This document shows, in pieces, positions 39,262 through 52,207 of a stretch of DNA of 64,000 bases (its first letter is position 1; every line of letters starts with the position of its first letter). The notes beneath the pieces were generated by a model. That model was not told the origin of the DNA. It made no database searches and was given only the letters and a program-made list of their open reading frames with translations. The stretch is from Hydrolagus affinis (Eukaryota). A program made the position numbers and the translations under genes. Where the stretch lies: positions 1 to 64,000 of the forward strand of contig JAAILG010000878.1 in NCBI GenBank assembly GCA_012026655.1, given 5' to 3'.

Positions 39262-40165
39262 CAGGTAAACCTCTATTTAGGACGGGGTTGCATTCCTGAA
39301 AAACAGTTCTCAGATCGAAACATTCTAAATAGAAACGCGGTTTCCCATGCAGTTCCATTATATAACCTGAGATGCATTCTTTTCACAAAATTTTCAGATC
39401 TTAAACCCACTAAATATTACACAAAATACAAAATAACACACATAGGCGAGAAGGGGTATTTGGGGTAACTGTACAGTATTGTACTTTAATACTGGCAAAC
39501 TTTAATACAGTCCTCTGTTTTGATAATCTGCTTGCACCTGTAGCTGTAATACACCTTGAACTTGCCAGTATATTGTCCTTATTCTGTTTTATAGTTAACC
39601 ACCGTCGATCTAGCTAGCCCTAAAGCCCTCCCTACGTCCGTACCTTTTTTGCCAGACTCAATGCGCTTTATCACCCCTAATTTCATATTTAAAGTGATGA
39701 CTTTGTGGGTTTCTGGCTGCTAGTGGTATTACCACTGCTCATTTCACTTACTGCCAGCTTTTCACCAACATGGTATAAACGCGGTAGAGGCTGTAAATCG
39801 CTTGAAGTTGCTCGGGAATGTTTGGAAATTACTGTAATACTGAAGTGGCACGGTGTCACTTCAAAATCAGCTGGCTTTTAAACAATGATGTGGCGACATG
39901 CTATTGGCCAGTTCAAACGCTTGGATACACTATATCAGGTGCGAGGGTGATTTACCTGCGAATACACTATGGACCGTGTGCGTATGGTCAAAAAGGACGC
40001 ACCAAAAATGACTGCGATACTCAAAAATCTACTGTGCATGCGCAAAAAAGAATTTTGTTCATTAAAACAAAACCAAGTGTCCTACATCGATAAAAAGGTA
40101 TTAAAAATTATGTTTGTTCAATCAAAACGTCCTAAATAGAAGCATCCTAAATAGAGGCTTACCTG
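39262..40165 (-). mobile_element. Non-autonomous Tigger/pogo (Tc1-mariner superfamily) DNA transposon, 904 bp
   Basis: TA|CAGGTAAACCTCTATTTAGGACG ... CATCCTAAATAGAGGCTTACCTG|TA: 23-bp TIRs with 2 mismatches and a TA TSD. The minus strand at ~39510-39705 encodes KVITLNMKLGVIKRIESGKKGTDVGRALGLARSTVV/TIKQNKDNI, a frameshifted CENP-B/psq-type HTH. Confidence 0.92.
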
Positions 40166-40692
40166 TACCACAAATTAGTGCTACACTACAGGTGACCAAA
40201 AAGTCAGCTACCCTATTATCTATAAAACATATCATCATTCTTTAAGACATTGTAATGGCATCACACATTTTTGATTGCCCTGAATTACCTATAGTTGTTT
40301 TCAAAAATGTCCAAAGATTGCAATAAGGACTGAAGGGTTGGAAGAGAGGAAGAGAGAGAAGGGCCAGATGTATACAAAAATACCTGGTGAAAACTCCAAA
40401 TGTAATTGAGATAGATATTTTTAAAATGTGTTAGGTCATCAAATAAACACTAGCAATGATATAGAAAGAATCATCATGACGTTTGCATTATATGTGGTTG
40501 CTAAGTAGCTTTGGCTGGATGATGAACTCATGCAGCACTATGAAATGAATCACTTTGACTTGAAGAGTTTTGGGTGATTGTTACTATGCACGGTGTTTGA
40601 ATCACAGGTCTGAGATTGAAACGTATTCAGCCCCGACACTTCCTGGTTCCGAAGTCATGCCAGTAATCAGCAAGAAGTCTACTGATCCCACT

Positions 40693-40845
40693 TCACGTTG
40701 TTCCCTCTAACGAGATCTCTGTGGCACGCTTCATCCTCCAAATCACCAGAACAGCAGGAGGCAGCAGGATCAGGAAACTCATGATAAAGATAGTGCCCAG
40801 GATAACCAGGATGATGACCCAGATCTCCAGCACATAATTGGACAT
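40693..40845 (-). CDS. SMIM3: SMIM3-like small integral membrane protein, 50 aa, single TM helix
   Basis: MSNYVLEIWVIILVILGTIFIMSFLILLPPAVLVIWRMKRATEISLEGTT* aligns without gaps to human SMIM3 '[36 protein letters not shown]' (from recall). In-frame TAA 4 codons upstream; acceptor ttgattggCAG at 40895-40897. Confidence 0.82.
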   Translation of the reverse strand: MSNYVLEIWVIILVILGTIFIMSFLILLPPAVLVIWRMKRATEISLEGTT

Positions 40846-41689
40846 GATCGACTTTTACTTCTCCCAGTGATGGATGCTATCAATGTAGTAGTACCTGCCA
40901 ATCAAAGCAGATTCATTACTATTATGACAAGATAAATATCTTCTATTTTACCTTGATTTGTATTGAGCATATTCTGATATCCAGAAGCCAATTAGGAATT
41001 GCCAGGGCAAGCTCTTTCACCAGACTGCCATTACACAAAATGTGCCAATTGTTTTAGACGCCATATATTATTTAAACAGAGCAAAATTGATATGCAAATT
41101 ACACTGTTGTATATGTATACATGAAATGCCACATAAGCCAATGTTCAAAGATCATGGAGTTGTAATGAAGCCATTTAGGAAACTTCCACAATGTGTAAAA
41201 TGGGGTGATATTTTAAAGGTGCTTTTTGTACAGTTTGAGCAACATTCATCTCTCAGCACCCAGGCTAAGAGTGAAGGAGAACTTATCCCCAATCCCTGAC
41301 TTGTGTCTTTATTCACACGATTCTTGAAAGTTTATTTTGGAAGGTGAGTTGACCACAGGTGCTGCACAGCTGAGCTTGATCCTGATTGAAATTCCTGCAG
41401 GGTCTCTGGAAAGTGCAAAGAAACAGGAAGTCGAACACACGGCTCCTCAGGCCAATGTGCAGCCCTCCATAATGTAATTGTAATCTGTCTTTGAAACCAT
41501 TGAAATTCAGAAAATACACGGAAATACAGGCAATCGGGTAAAATTGAGTCATCTAACATTTACAGGCAAACTGCAATGTTTCTCATGTTAAAGTTTCACC
41601 TTCATGAAAGGTTTGCCCATAGTTCTTAATATTTGTTAGGAGACGGGATGAATTGGGTTCAGTACATCACAATGAATCACAGCATCCCT

Positions 41690-41768
41690 GACTGTCCAGC
41701 TTAATTGGGACGTCCTCCTGATGGTGAAAGGCGCTGTACAAATGTGTATTGTTGTTGGTGTTGTTGCA
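41690..41768 (+). mobile_element. L2 3'-terminal fragment
   Basis: 'tgggacgtcctcctgatggtgaaaggcgctgtacaaatgtgtattgttgttggtgttgttg'. Confidence 0.7.
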
Positions 41769-43699
41769 ATTTGTGTGTGACATGTTACAAAAAGCAAGCT
41801 CACACCCAAATGTCCTTTCCCCATTCTGTACTTAAGCAGAGCATTTCGTTGGCAGCACTGATATAAATGTTAGCGGGTTTCACATGTACTAGCCTGTAAA
41901 TGTTAAAAGTGATAATAAGATAAGTGCCATTTTCAATAGCTTGCCATTTTGTTAATATGGATTCAAATTATCAGCTCTCAAGGAAGATGAATCTCATTAT
42001 CATTATTAACACTATGTGTATTCTGCCTGAAAGCAATGCAATCAAATACAACTTATCCTGTTAGAGGTACGTGTGTAAATTCACTTTTGGAAAGATTTAT
42101 TAATGTCGATAGCTAGAAATGATGTTCGATTCAACCCAGGTCATTCCTCTATCTTTACCCCACTGCTAAATAATATATTATTTTAGAAAGTTGTACTGTA
42201 TATTGTTTGTTGTTTTATAGTTGTATAATTAAACTGGCAGATATTCTTGTCTTTTGTGCTTTCATTAATACAAAGGACCATGTAACATGTTGAGCAGTTT
42301 TAGAATGTACTGCTGGCAATGTTTAATGCACAACAATAAGTTATTCACTTTGCATCTCCTTCTATAGTCCATTGCAGCAGAATACTAAACTCCAGAGCTG
42401 GAAAAATAGGGAGGAATTGAATCAACCTCTTTCCTGTGAGAGCCATTATGTTGAAATTAACTTAGCCTCACTGAATCGGCAGGGAATATGAATGTCCTTT
42501 GGACATGTAGAGAAAGTAACCGATATTCTTCCCCTGTGCATGGTTGCTGCAAATCACGGTGAATTTATTTGTGAAACAAAAGTGGTCAAGCACATTAGTT
42601 TTTAAGTTGCTAAGACTCAATCCCTCTAGACTGTTGTATGTCATTTATCAGTAATTCAAATAGTATTTGTTTCACTTTTGTTTCTTTGACTTTAATCATA
42701 ATAACACCAATAATGATCCTTACTTTTGATATAACTTTTCACACCAGGAGAACATCTTTGAAGGTTTTTATAGGAATTAACATACAGTGTAGTGACTGTG
42801 AATTTTGCAGATGAACACCCTCATAAATGTCTTGGTAGATAATACAAGCATTCACATAGATGTTTATCCTTTATGGCCTTAGGCTCTGGCCATTGCAAAG
42901 CCCTCTGAGATGCCATCCAGCGTGGATATAAATGCAAGTTGTTGTTGTTATTATATGTCAAATTGTGAGAAGAAGCATGGATAGAGACTCACATGTGAAA
43001 AGCAAGTTTCTTCTCATTTTGCATTTATTTTTTAAAATTAGTACATCCTAGCCCAAGGGATCTTTACTGTTTCATGTTCAGATGTTTAAAAATTATTCAG
43101 AATGCCCCAATTGAAATACTTTTCAGATTTTTGGTTGGGGTGTGATGCTAATCGCTAATGAGCAATAATGGAATTAGAATGTCTACTTCTTGAATATTAG
43201 TTGGAATAACATTTGGCAAAAAAAAGCCTTACTCTTGAAGGGATCTTAGCATCTGGAAAGATATCTTTGATCAAGAGATTTCCTGATTTGCAACTCATCC
43301 ATTAAATGTTTTATAAAATTTCACTCAAAATTAACCTATTTTGAACTGTATTCCACTGTGTCGAAACTGAGCCTGCCTAAAAAGTTCCAATGTGATAACT
43401 TCCAATTCCTCTCTTATAAGAAGCAGAGTGTATGGTACTTTCAGTGCATTAGTGAACATCTATATGAAGCAAATAATGTTATCCAACTTAGGATGATAAT
43501 TTGCTGTAAAATGTAAAATAAAATCCTTAGTGAGCGCTCTGCAATGCTACCCTGCATGATGGGCACTATATCAATGCAAGTTGTTGCTGTATTATATGTG
43601 AAAATGTTGGCATCCAGGATGACATGATAAGAACATCTGTTCTTGGTTTACCGATTATCTGTGCATTGAGCTTCCATGGCTATTAAACTACCATAATTA

Positions 43700-43977
43700 C
43701 AAGCATGAGTTCGAATCCACGCAGGTCAGGGCGAAACCTTGGGTAAGTTTCCATACTCCACACGCCTAATAATAATCCCTCCCAAAAAAACACAATAATA
43801 AAATTGGTCATTTCGATCCACGATTGTTTGTGGGACAATGCTGTGCGCAATTGGCTGTCGCGTTTTGCCCACAAATATACAGTCAAAATTCACTTTACAG
43901 TATATTCTGTGAAGCGCTTTGAGACATCTAGAATATGTGAAAAGCACTATATCAAAATGCAAGGATTATTATTATTA
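43700..43977 (+). mobile_element. tRNA-derived SINE, (ATT)n family, 5'-truncated at the B box
   Basis: 'gagttcgaatccacgcaggtcagggcgaaaccttgggtaagtttcc..aaaatgcaaggattattattatta'. Confidence 0.88.
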
Positions 43978-44016
43978 CCATATTTCATAGATATGGTGGT
44001 TGAAATGTGAAAAATA

Positions 44017-44165
44017 AAAATAATCCTTGCATTTGGTAAAGTGCCTTCTTATCGCATCTCAAAGGATGGCTCAAAGCACTTGAGCGGATTTAATGTAAAT
44101 GATTGACAATGTATTTGACTTGAACCTTCTGACTCGGAGGTGGGAGTGCTATCACTGAGCTAAGA
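44017..44165 (-). mobile_element. Internally deleted SacSINE1-type SINE (head joined to tail)
   Basis: Reverse complement head 'ttagctcagtgatagcactcccacctccgagtcagaaggttcaagtc', tail 'aaatgcaaggattattt'. Confidence 0.6.
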
Positions 44166-47129
44166 TGACAAATAAAGATACTGTATGTTGCTGGGAAAAA
44201 ATAAATACAAACATATATACTTAAAGTATTTATTGTCTGATCAGTAAGATAGAAATGAGCTAAATATTGGAATTAACTGCAGTAGTAAAAATGAACCAAC
44301 TAATATCTTTGGTTACTTTTTCTTGAAGGCTGCAAGAAGCAATACAGTTAATGGCATTTTCATCATTAATTTCTACACTGCAACAATAGACTTCTATTGA
44401 TGTTAAAGTACCATCTTATTTATCCAGTAACAATGAAACCTGCCCTACAGCTACTTTTGTATTAAAACATTAATGTGTAGCTTTATGTTTATATGTTCCT
44501 TAATATTTTACAATAAAATCATTATACGTGAAATTACATCATTCAATAAAACATGGACTGGTTAGTCCACGCAATTAAAAATTATTGACTTCTTATTCTA
44601 ATTGTTCTACGTTATGTGGCTCTCTAATTGAAATCCTGCAGTGGAACAAATTGATGGTGTTAGGTTAGGGAATGCTAAAGCTCTAGGCATGCAGACAGGG
44701 TAAAGCTTTGTCTTCGTAAGTTAGAAAGGTACCATTGCAGGCTATGGAGCAGACAGTGAAGGAGTGTGATAGTTAAGAACAAGGTGCAATGGTGTCAATC
44801 ATAGAGCCAAAAATGAACATCAATATAAATGCAGTCATTGCATTGTCCCGAATTTGACCTTCATTGAAATACCACTGAATTTGCTCAGAATGGACGGCAC
44901 TGAGAAGATTAAGCTCTTTATCTATTCCTATTTAGATAGATATCCAGACTAATATTTACATGGTAACTCAGAATAGGTTCAAGCCAAAAGAGACTTAGGT
45001 GATTATAATATGACTGAAATATCCATTAACTGTAAGACATATTTTGATGGAAATCAAATCCTGATGTGCTTGCAGTGGTGGAATTATTTTAAACCTGTGG
45101 GGGGAGTTCTATTCAAACCTATTAAAAATCTGGCATGAAAATTACTGTTCATGCAATAGGAGATAGTGCATTTATTTAATGAACTAGCAGACTAGTAATA
45201 CAGCATTTCTCTATTTCAGTAACTGAACAGAAATAGTTCCGCAAATGCACCTTTGAGGAAATATTTCTTTACGGAGTAAATTCTAACTAGAAAGAAGAAT
45301 TAAGGCGTCTTTCAAATGCAAATATTTTTCTCCCACTGCCCACTACCCTTACTCTTGGAAGTAAAATCTTGTGTTTGTCTGAACAGTGCCTGTAGCAAGA
45401 TAATTTTTTTTCCATCTTATTAAAACCAAGTGATTACCTGCAAAGAGCTGCAGCACATTGAGGGTAAAAGCAGGAACATGGTTGCAAGGACACTTCAAGT
45501 AATGCCCTTCTTCCTCCTGCCCACTTCAGCAAACTTCACACTTCATCCGTCTTCTCTCTTATCACACAGTCAAGCAATGACGCTGCTGTGTGTGCAGCAT
45601 AATGTCTGTCAAACTTTCCTGTGGCCTCTTTGCAGGGGTGGTCCTATTGTCAATGATGTACAGTTCTATTGAGTTTCACCATGACCTGATCAGGGGCAAA
45701 TTTAACGAGGTGGTGTCACCATGGTGAACATGTTAGCTTGTTGGTAAACGCAAGTGCTAACAGTAATGTCAAGCTTACAATAGCTCGACTGGTGCTAAGA
45801 TAATGGTAAGTCCATTGTGCATGATCCATACTGTTGTGTTGTTATTATGCTGTTAAAAATCAATGGCTATTCAATCATATTTTTGCTCCATTTAAAAAAA
45901 ATTCAGATGGTTCATGCTGGTGGGAAAGGTTACCATGATCCCCAAGAATTTTTAGAGGGTGATTGTATAGCGATAATCTCATCTACCCAGTTTATCTTTT
46001 AGAAAATACAAGAGCAGCTTGAGTGACTTATAGGAACCTGGCAATGATTACATATTCTCGAGGACAGCAATGAGTCGCTTCTAGAGTTTGGCTTGCTATT
46101 ACAGTGAAAGATTTATGGGTTATCATCGAAAACATGTAACATTAGTCTATAAATCACCATGCAATGGTAGGCAAATGATTCAATTTGTATGCCTGTATTT
46201 GTTTTTGAAAAGCAGAGCATTTTGTGCTTGACTGTGCCATGTTATCTTGAAATGTCAAATTTGTAACAGAATAGCGTACAATATGGATTCATCTGATTCT
46301 TGGAATACTGAGTTTAATGACATGTTTCCAGCTTCTCACTATCAGTGGATTGCTCTTGTAGCTATGGCAACCTCCGAACAATAATTACTCTTGCCAAATG
46401 ATTTGCAGCATCAAAAACATTTTTTTAGTATACAGTATATGGTGGCCCTCTACACAGCAGCAAGAAAATTATGCTAGCACAAAGACTGTCTGAATAAAAT
46501 GCAACCTCAGCCACCTTAAAAAGCTACAATGTTAATAACCAATTTACCTGTATTGGATGAGAGTATCATTGCCTTGTGTCCTTCATAAGTGCAGGGGGAC
46601 ACTGACTTGCAATTGCTATCTGCAGCATGTTCAGTGCAGTTGATTTCTTATCATGTCTATAAAAGTCTAACTGCTCACCCTGTCACTGTTTTTGAGCTGG
46701 TTTCTCCCACTGTGGCTGAAATCCTATTCTAAAGTCCTGAGTAGATTGAAGTTCAATAAACTGAAAATTTGTCTGGCAGCATCATGTTTTCAATTTGTGT
46801 TTAGCTACTGTATCTTCTCTAAAGCTATGGAGGACTACATTGCATTACATTTTATTAGGCAGCATTTTGTTAAAAACGTTTTACTAGATTGCATTTACTG
46901 GATTGCATCTTTCCCAAATGTTATTGAGTCTACTGTACACGAGGCTAAAGGTGTGTGTTTGAAATGAAAATAAGCCTGTCTGCACTCACAAGAAAGCAAT
47001 TCAGTGGAGGAAATGAACTAAAGACATTAAAATCCATAGATAGATTCCTATGACCATGATATTTGGAAGTAAAGATTTTCTAAATATAATATCCCACACA
47101 TACCTAAATGTGTCTCACATATGCTGACT

Positions 47130-47192
47130 TCCATAGAATTTTATAGCCTGTACAGCATCGAAACAGGCCATTCAGCCCAACTATTCTGTGCT
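47130..47192 (-). mobile_element. CR1 3' tail fragment
   Basis: 'catagaattttatagc..tacagcatcgaaacaggccattcagcccaac..tctgtgct'. Confidence 0.6.
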
Positions 47193-50069
47193 TTGGGAAG
47201 TCCTCCTGAAATGAAATGTGCTGTGCAAATGCAATTTTGTCAAAGTTAATGTTGTCAGTGTTCATCCACCAAATGAACCTCCACTATTCTTAATCCCTCC
47301 AGCTCCCATACACTTCTATTCCTTTCTCCCTTGATGCATCGAGTTTATATCACAAGATTTTACTTTCAAGACAGCAATTAGGTTTGTACATTTTTTGGAA
47401 AAACTATCAATCATTTTAGCAAATTTAAGAAAGCTTATTTTAAAAAGAAACATCATGCTAATCTGGTCAATAAAATTAAGAACAAGAAAAAACTTCTAAA
47501 AATGCTTCTTTAAACTGGAGTTGAAAGACACCTGTGGTATTATAATCCTTTTAATATGAACTAAGGGAGGAAAGTAGAAAGAATTGTTCATAACACCAGC
47601 ATCACTGAAATATTTTCAATGTTTAATTATTTCTAAACTCGCTGCCTCTTAATTTACATTGAGCATTTTATGATGGAGAAAGTTCAGATGTTGAAGGGAA
47701 AATGTTATGGCTGACATCAGTTCTTCAAGTATATCTATCAAGTATATCCAGTTGTTAGCTATTCTCTCCTTTGTATGCAAAGAGGTGTCTAACATCTGAA
47801 ACTTGTTTGTTATTGGGAACATGGTAGAGACAAAAATATTAGACTCATTTAAACCTTTTGATGCTGTCATAATAACATGGGTTTTTGGGTGGATGAGATG
47901 TGGGAATATGACTATATTATGTCGTTATATGTGAATCATTTATCTTTCTGATAGACCAAAATACCTTCTTTATCCAAACAGACCGGGTGATCTCAACTGA
48001 CTGTTGCTTGTGATTTTTAATATAATTGTCTACCATTTAAATTACTTTCTAAATCCATTAAATTGTCTTTAATCAAGTATATAATCTTTTCTAAAGATTG
48101 CACATAGGGAATGATAAGATGAGATAGCACATTAGATCACTTTCGTACATTGGCACAGAATGGTAGAATGGTTGGTGTGTGCCCAAATTCCTCACATAGT
48201 GAAAATAATTTCACTGTGTTATCATGAGGAGGCGTTTTACCATGGAGGCCTAAACTAACTGTATCGTAACATGCACAGAAATCAAAAACCACCGATACTT
48301 ATAGCGGAGATAGTTTCTGTGTTTTATCACCTTGTTATAGTTATCATCATACACCATCTATTATACATCCAATGCTAAAGTAGTTCCCTGTAAAGTTTGG
48401 ATAGTTTCTGAGCGATGTAAATTATCATAGGTGATGTTGAATAATAATTCGTGGTTTATTGAAATTTATTGAAAAAATTTATTAGTTTCTACAATGTGAT
48501 GTATTTTAGAAAATGTATTCAAACTTTGATAATGTAAGGGCATTTCCTTTATTTTTACAATGCATTTCAAAGACAATTACACTGTGAATGTAACTCAAAT
48601 GGTTCAAAAAGCAAGGCTGGAGTGGTAGAGTACTAAAACAAATGTATTTTTGCTTCACCAGATTCCTCCCTTAATCCTTCCCATGTGACAGCATTTAACT
48701 ATGTTTTCTCTTCCCCCCCACACCCCCACCCTCCCACCGTTGGTGATATTATTCACTTAACATTGGTCGAACCTGCTGTACCTTGCCAATTAGACTATTA
48801 TTAATATTAGGGCCGATAAAGAGGTAATAACTTGGAAGCCGTTTTCTTTTGCTTGCACATAAATACTTGCAGCTCCAGCAGACATCACTGCCTAGAAATC
48901 AGGAGCAGAAAATGGATCTTATTGGACTGTACGTTTCAGCTATTCATCATTGCTGTTGAGCCAACAGATTAGTCCTGCAATCTTTTATTGATTAACTAAT
49001 AAGCAAACCTCCAGAATTGAAAAATTTGTCTGCTAATCTGCTTGTCTACCCATAAACGAAGATGGTAATTTTGTTTCTCTATACTGTATTTTCTGGGCAG
49101 GAGTTTTATTAATACTGTGGTCAGTTACATGTACAAACCTGAGTGAGTATTGCAATCATAGTTGTCTAGTTCTCATTATCATGGAAAATGATGGGCAAGT
49201 AGTTCAATGTTTCTGTAATAATACTGTATGCCAAAACAGGAAGTTCCATTGCTTGGATTAATTGTTTCTTTCAATCTTGTAGATCTATAGCTATGATAAG
49301 ATATGCCATTTTAGGTTTTGTTAGGCAGAACACATAAGTTTGGGGCATTTGTTGTTGAGACCTCGCTTACCCTCTCTCATGAGAAATGACATACAGGATC
49401 CAGAGACCCCGAGTTTGTCAAGTGATGTGCACCACTTGTTGAGACTCTATCAGTTCCCTTATTCCTGTATATAATAATGTGGAGATGCTGTGATCCTTCA
49501 GCCTTCCAGTTACTAAAATAGAGACTGTTGTGTTTCTGAATCACTGGGGCTGTGTAATTTTTATTGCACCTCTGTTTAAAAATAAATAAAACTGGTTCTC
49601 ATGAAGTGCGCTCTGTTTCCATACAACTATAGTCCCACTAAGTTGTGACCACACACAGAACATATTGAAGATTAGCACTTGATTTTTACACTTCATTTGA
49701 ACACTGAAATGGAATCCAGAGTATGATGTATATACTGTATATAAAAATGTATTTTGCCAGATTTAAACTTGTGTTTCAAAAGGCATAAGATATCGCAGAG
49801 CTTGTACTCCAATCTCGAAAGTTTGGAGCAGCAATGACACATGAATGGCTTTCCTCTTGGTATGAGCATTTTTTTTTAATGACAATGTTATTAGCAGTAA
49901 ATGGAGCACACAGAATCAAGAGTGTGAAGATGGGAACCCAATCCAAACGCTAAACGCACTGAAGAAGAGAAAGCTGTGTTGATGGAGAAAGAGAAAGAGA
50001 GAGAAAGCCAACGTGAGACTGAGAAAAGAAAGGTTTATGAGATTGAAACGGAATGGACACTGTACTTAC

Positions 50070-50390
50070 CTTATCATTAACAGAAGCTTACATTTTTCCA
50101 AGTGTGTATTCACACGTATCTCCAACTCAAGGTCAGCCAGTACTAACCTAATCATGGATCAGTTACACAGGAGCACAGGCTGCAGAAGATCAACACATTC
50201 CATGGATCCACCTCATTTTGGCTTCTATGTCACTACACAGCCTGTGTGGATTCTTCCTTTGTGTCTCTGCACAGTTTCAGTCCAGTGTCTGTCTCTGCTA
50301 ATCAAAACCCATAAACCTGATACAACACTGCAATTGAGCAACTTAAAGCAGAGTCATCAGGTAGTGGGCAGTGCCATTGCATAATTATTT
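50070..50390 (-). promoter_or_regulatory. Candidate first (non-coding) exon and promoter of the SMIM3-like gene
   Basis: Perfect minus-strand donor AAG|GTAAGT at 50070/50069; C/EBP consensus ATTGCATAAT at 50376-50385. The link to the CDS exon is inferred. Confidence 0.3.
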
Positions 50391-52144
50391 GTGAAGTCAC
50401 TTGGAGAATGCACCATTTGCTATCGAGTTGTGTCCTCCCACATTCCATCATTTAAACTTTCCTTCGTATTCAAATACTAATAGCAAAAACAAATCATGCT
50501 ACAAAACACCTGTTTTGTACAACTCTTTCACACTGCAATGTATATCTTGGGTTATTAATTATCACTCGCCTTTTTTTAAGGTTGAGAAAACCTTCCAGCA
50601 GTTGTGAAAGATTAACTGTTTGTTTGACTTGTGTCAAGTTCAGGATATAGGAGATAACAAGTGGTGAGGCATTTTTCCAACTGAGATCACGTTCCATTTG
50701 AATCACATGTATTTGTACCAAATGCAATATCCCAGAATTCATGTGGCATGTCTGGTCATTTACCAGGAAGTATTAAATGGCTGAACTGGCAATAAACTGA
50801 ATTTAACTCTACTGCAAAAAATGTTGAGACATTCCCAATAAAGCATTTTTTTTTAACTGCAGTCTGAGTTCAACCAATAAGGGTAGGATTGGGTTGAAGA
50901 TACAAGTATTTTTAATTCTCTTCTGTAATTTGAGTAAATAGTTCTGCATGGTTCATACAAGAGATAGAAATATTGCTAATTAAGATATCAACTAATTTGT
51001 ATTGAGTAAGCAGTGCAATTGATTGAGCATTTTATCTGTACATAAAATCAGGGTTATTGAATTATTCAGTGCTTTGTGATAAGGGAATTGAAAGGGCCGA
51101 TGGTGTACTCTATTATAAATCCCTCTGTGACTTATTTTGCATTAAAACTATTTTACTTTTAGTGATGCCTAAAAGCATTTATTGTAAGGATGAGCATTGT
51201 GAAAATAATATGTAGGGAACAATATCTAGATTCCCCAAAACAAATTCTAATTTAAAGGAGCATTATGTTAAAATCAAAGTATGTTTGGTAAATCTTTCCT
51301 CATTTGTTCATAAAGATACCAAGGCAACAGTGTGTTTCCATGTTGAAGATTCAAGGTCATGATTAGATGTTCCCTCCCCTTTGGCTCATGTGTCTCTACC
51401 AAATTACTCACCCTGAGAGTCCAGAGTTTTAACTTTCTAAACTAGCCATCCTGCAGTCCCTCTGGCGATGTCAAATGCAGATTAAGTATCAAATTTAAGG
51501 ATGTTATGTGCATTGAGCCCATCAATTGAGACGACACAAACTACTCTGATTTACCATAAAGGCCTTGTATTCAGTAAATCTGAACTAAGTGAAACTCAGG
51601 TGTCACAAGTGATAGATTAGTGTTTAACTAACACTAACCTCCCAGCAACCGAAATGTTAACCAACTGGAGGTAATTGCACATGGGCAGAAGGCCTTGCAT
51701 GGATTACAATGGATACAAGGGAGTGATTCCAAGGTAATGATATCATCTCAGAACTCAGTGATGTCCTAACTCTCCTACTGAATTTCAGCCAGTTTTCATC
51801 ATCATCTCAACTCTAAGTATTGCCTTCCAAAATAATCAGGAATAACCAGTACACTTGCCTGCAGCATGGATTGTCATCTCAAATGAACAGGGATATTTCT
51901 TGGGATTAAAAAGATCGCTGTAACGACTGCTCAGTATCTTATCCAAATGTGTGTGAATGTGAAAATATGTGTGTGGTGGGGGTTGTGGAGTGGGGTGGGG
52001 GGTGGGGGGAGTATTCAACGAATTGGCACAAAAGAATTTCAGTTTGATGTGGTTGTTAATGTGGTGCAGAGGGGAAATCGGTTGCACTGAATCAGTGGTA
52101 CGGACAGTTCATTTGGTTCCTGTAGGTCAAGTTGCTATTTACTT

Positions 52145-52207
52145 AGGTCACGTCCTCCCGACATGAAAGGCACTCTATTAATGTAATTTTGTTGTTATTG
52201 TTGTTAT
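52145..52207 (+). mobile_element. L2 3'-terminal fragment
   Basis: 'cgtcctcccgacatgaaaggcactctattaatgtaattttgttgttattgttg'. Confidence 0.7.
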
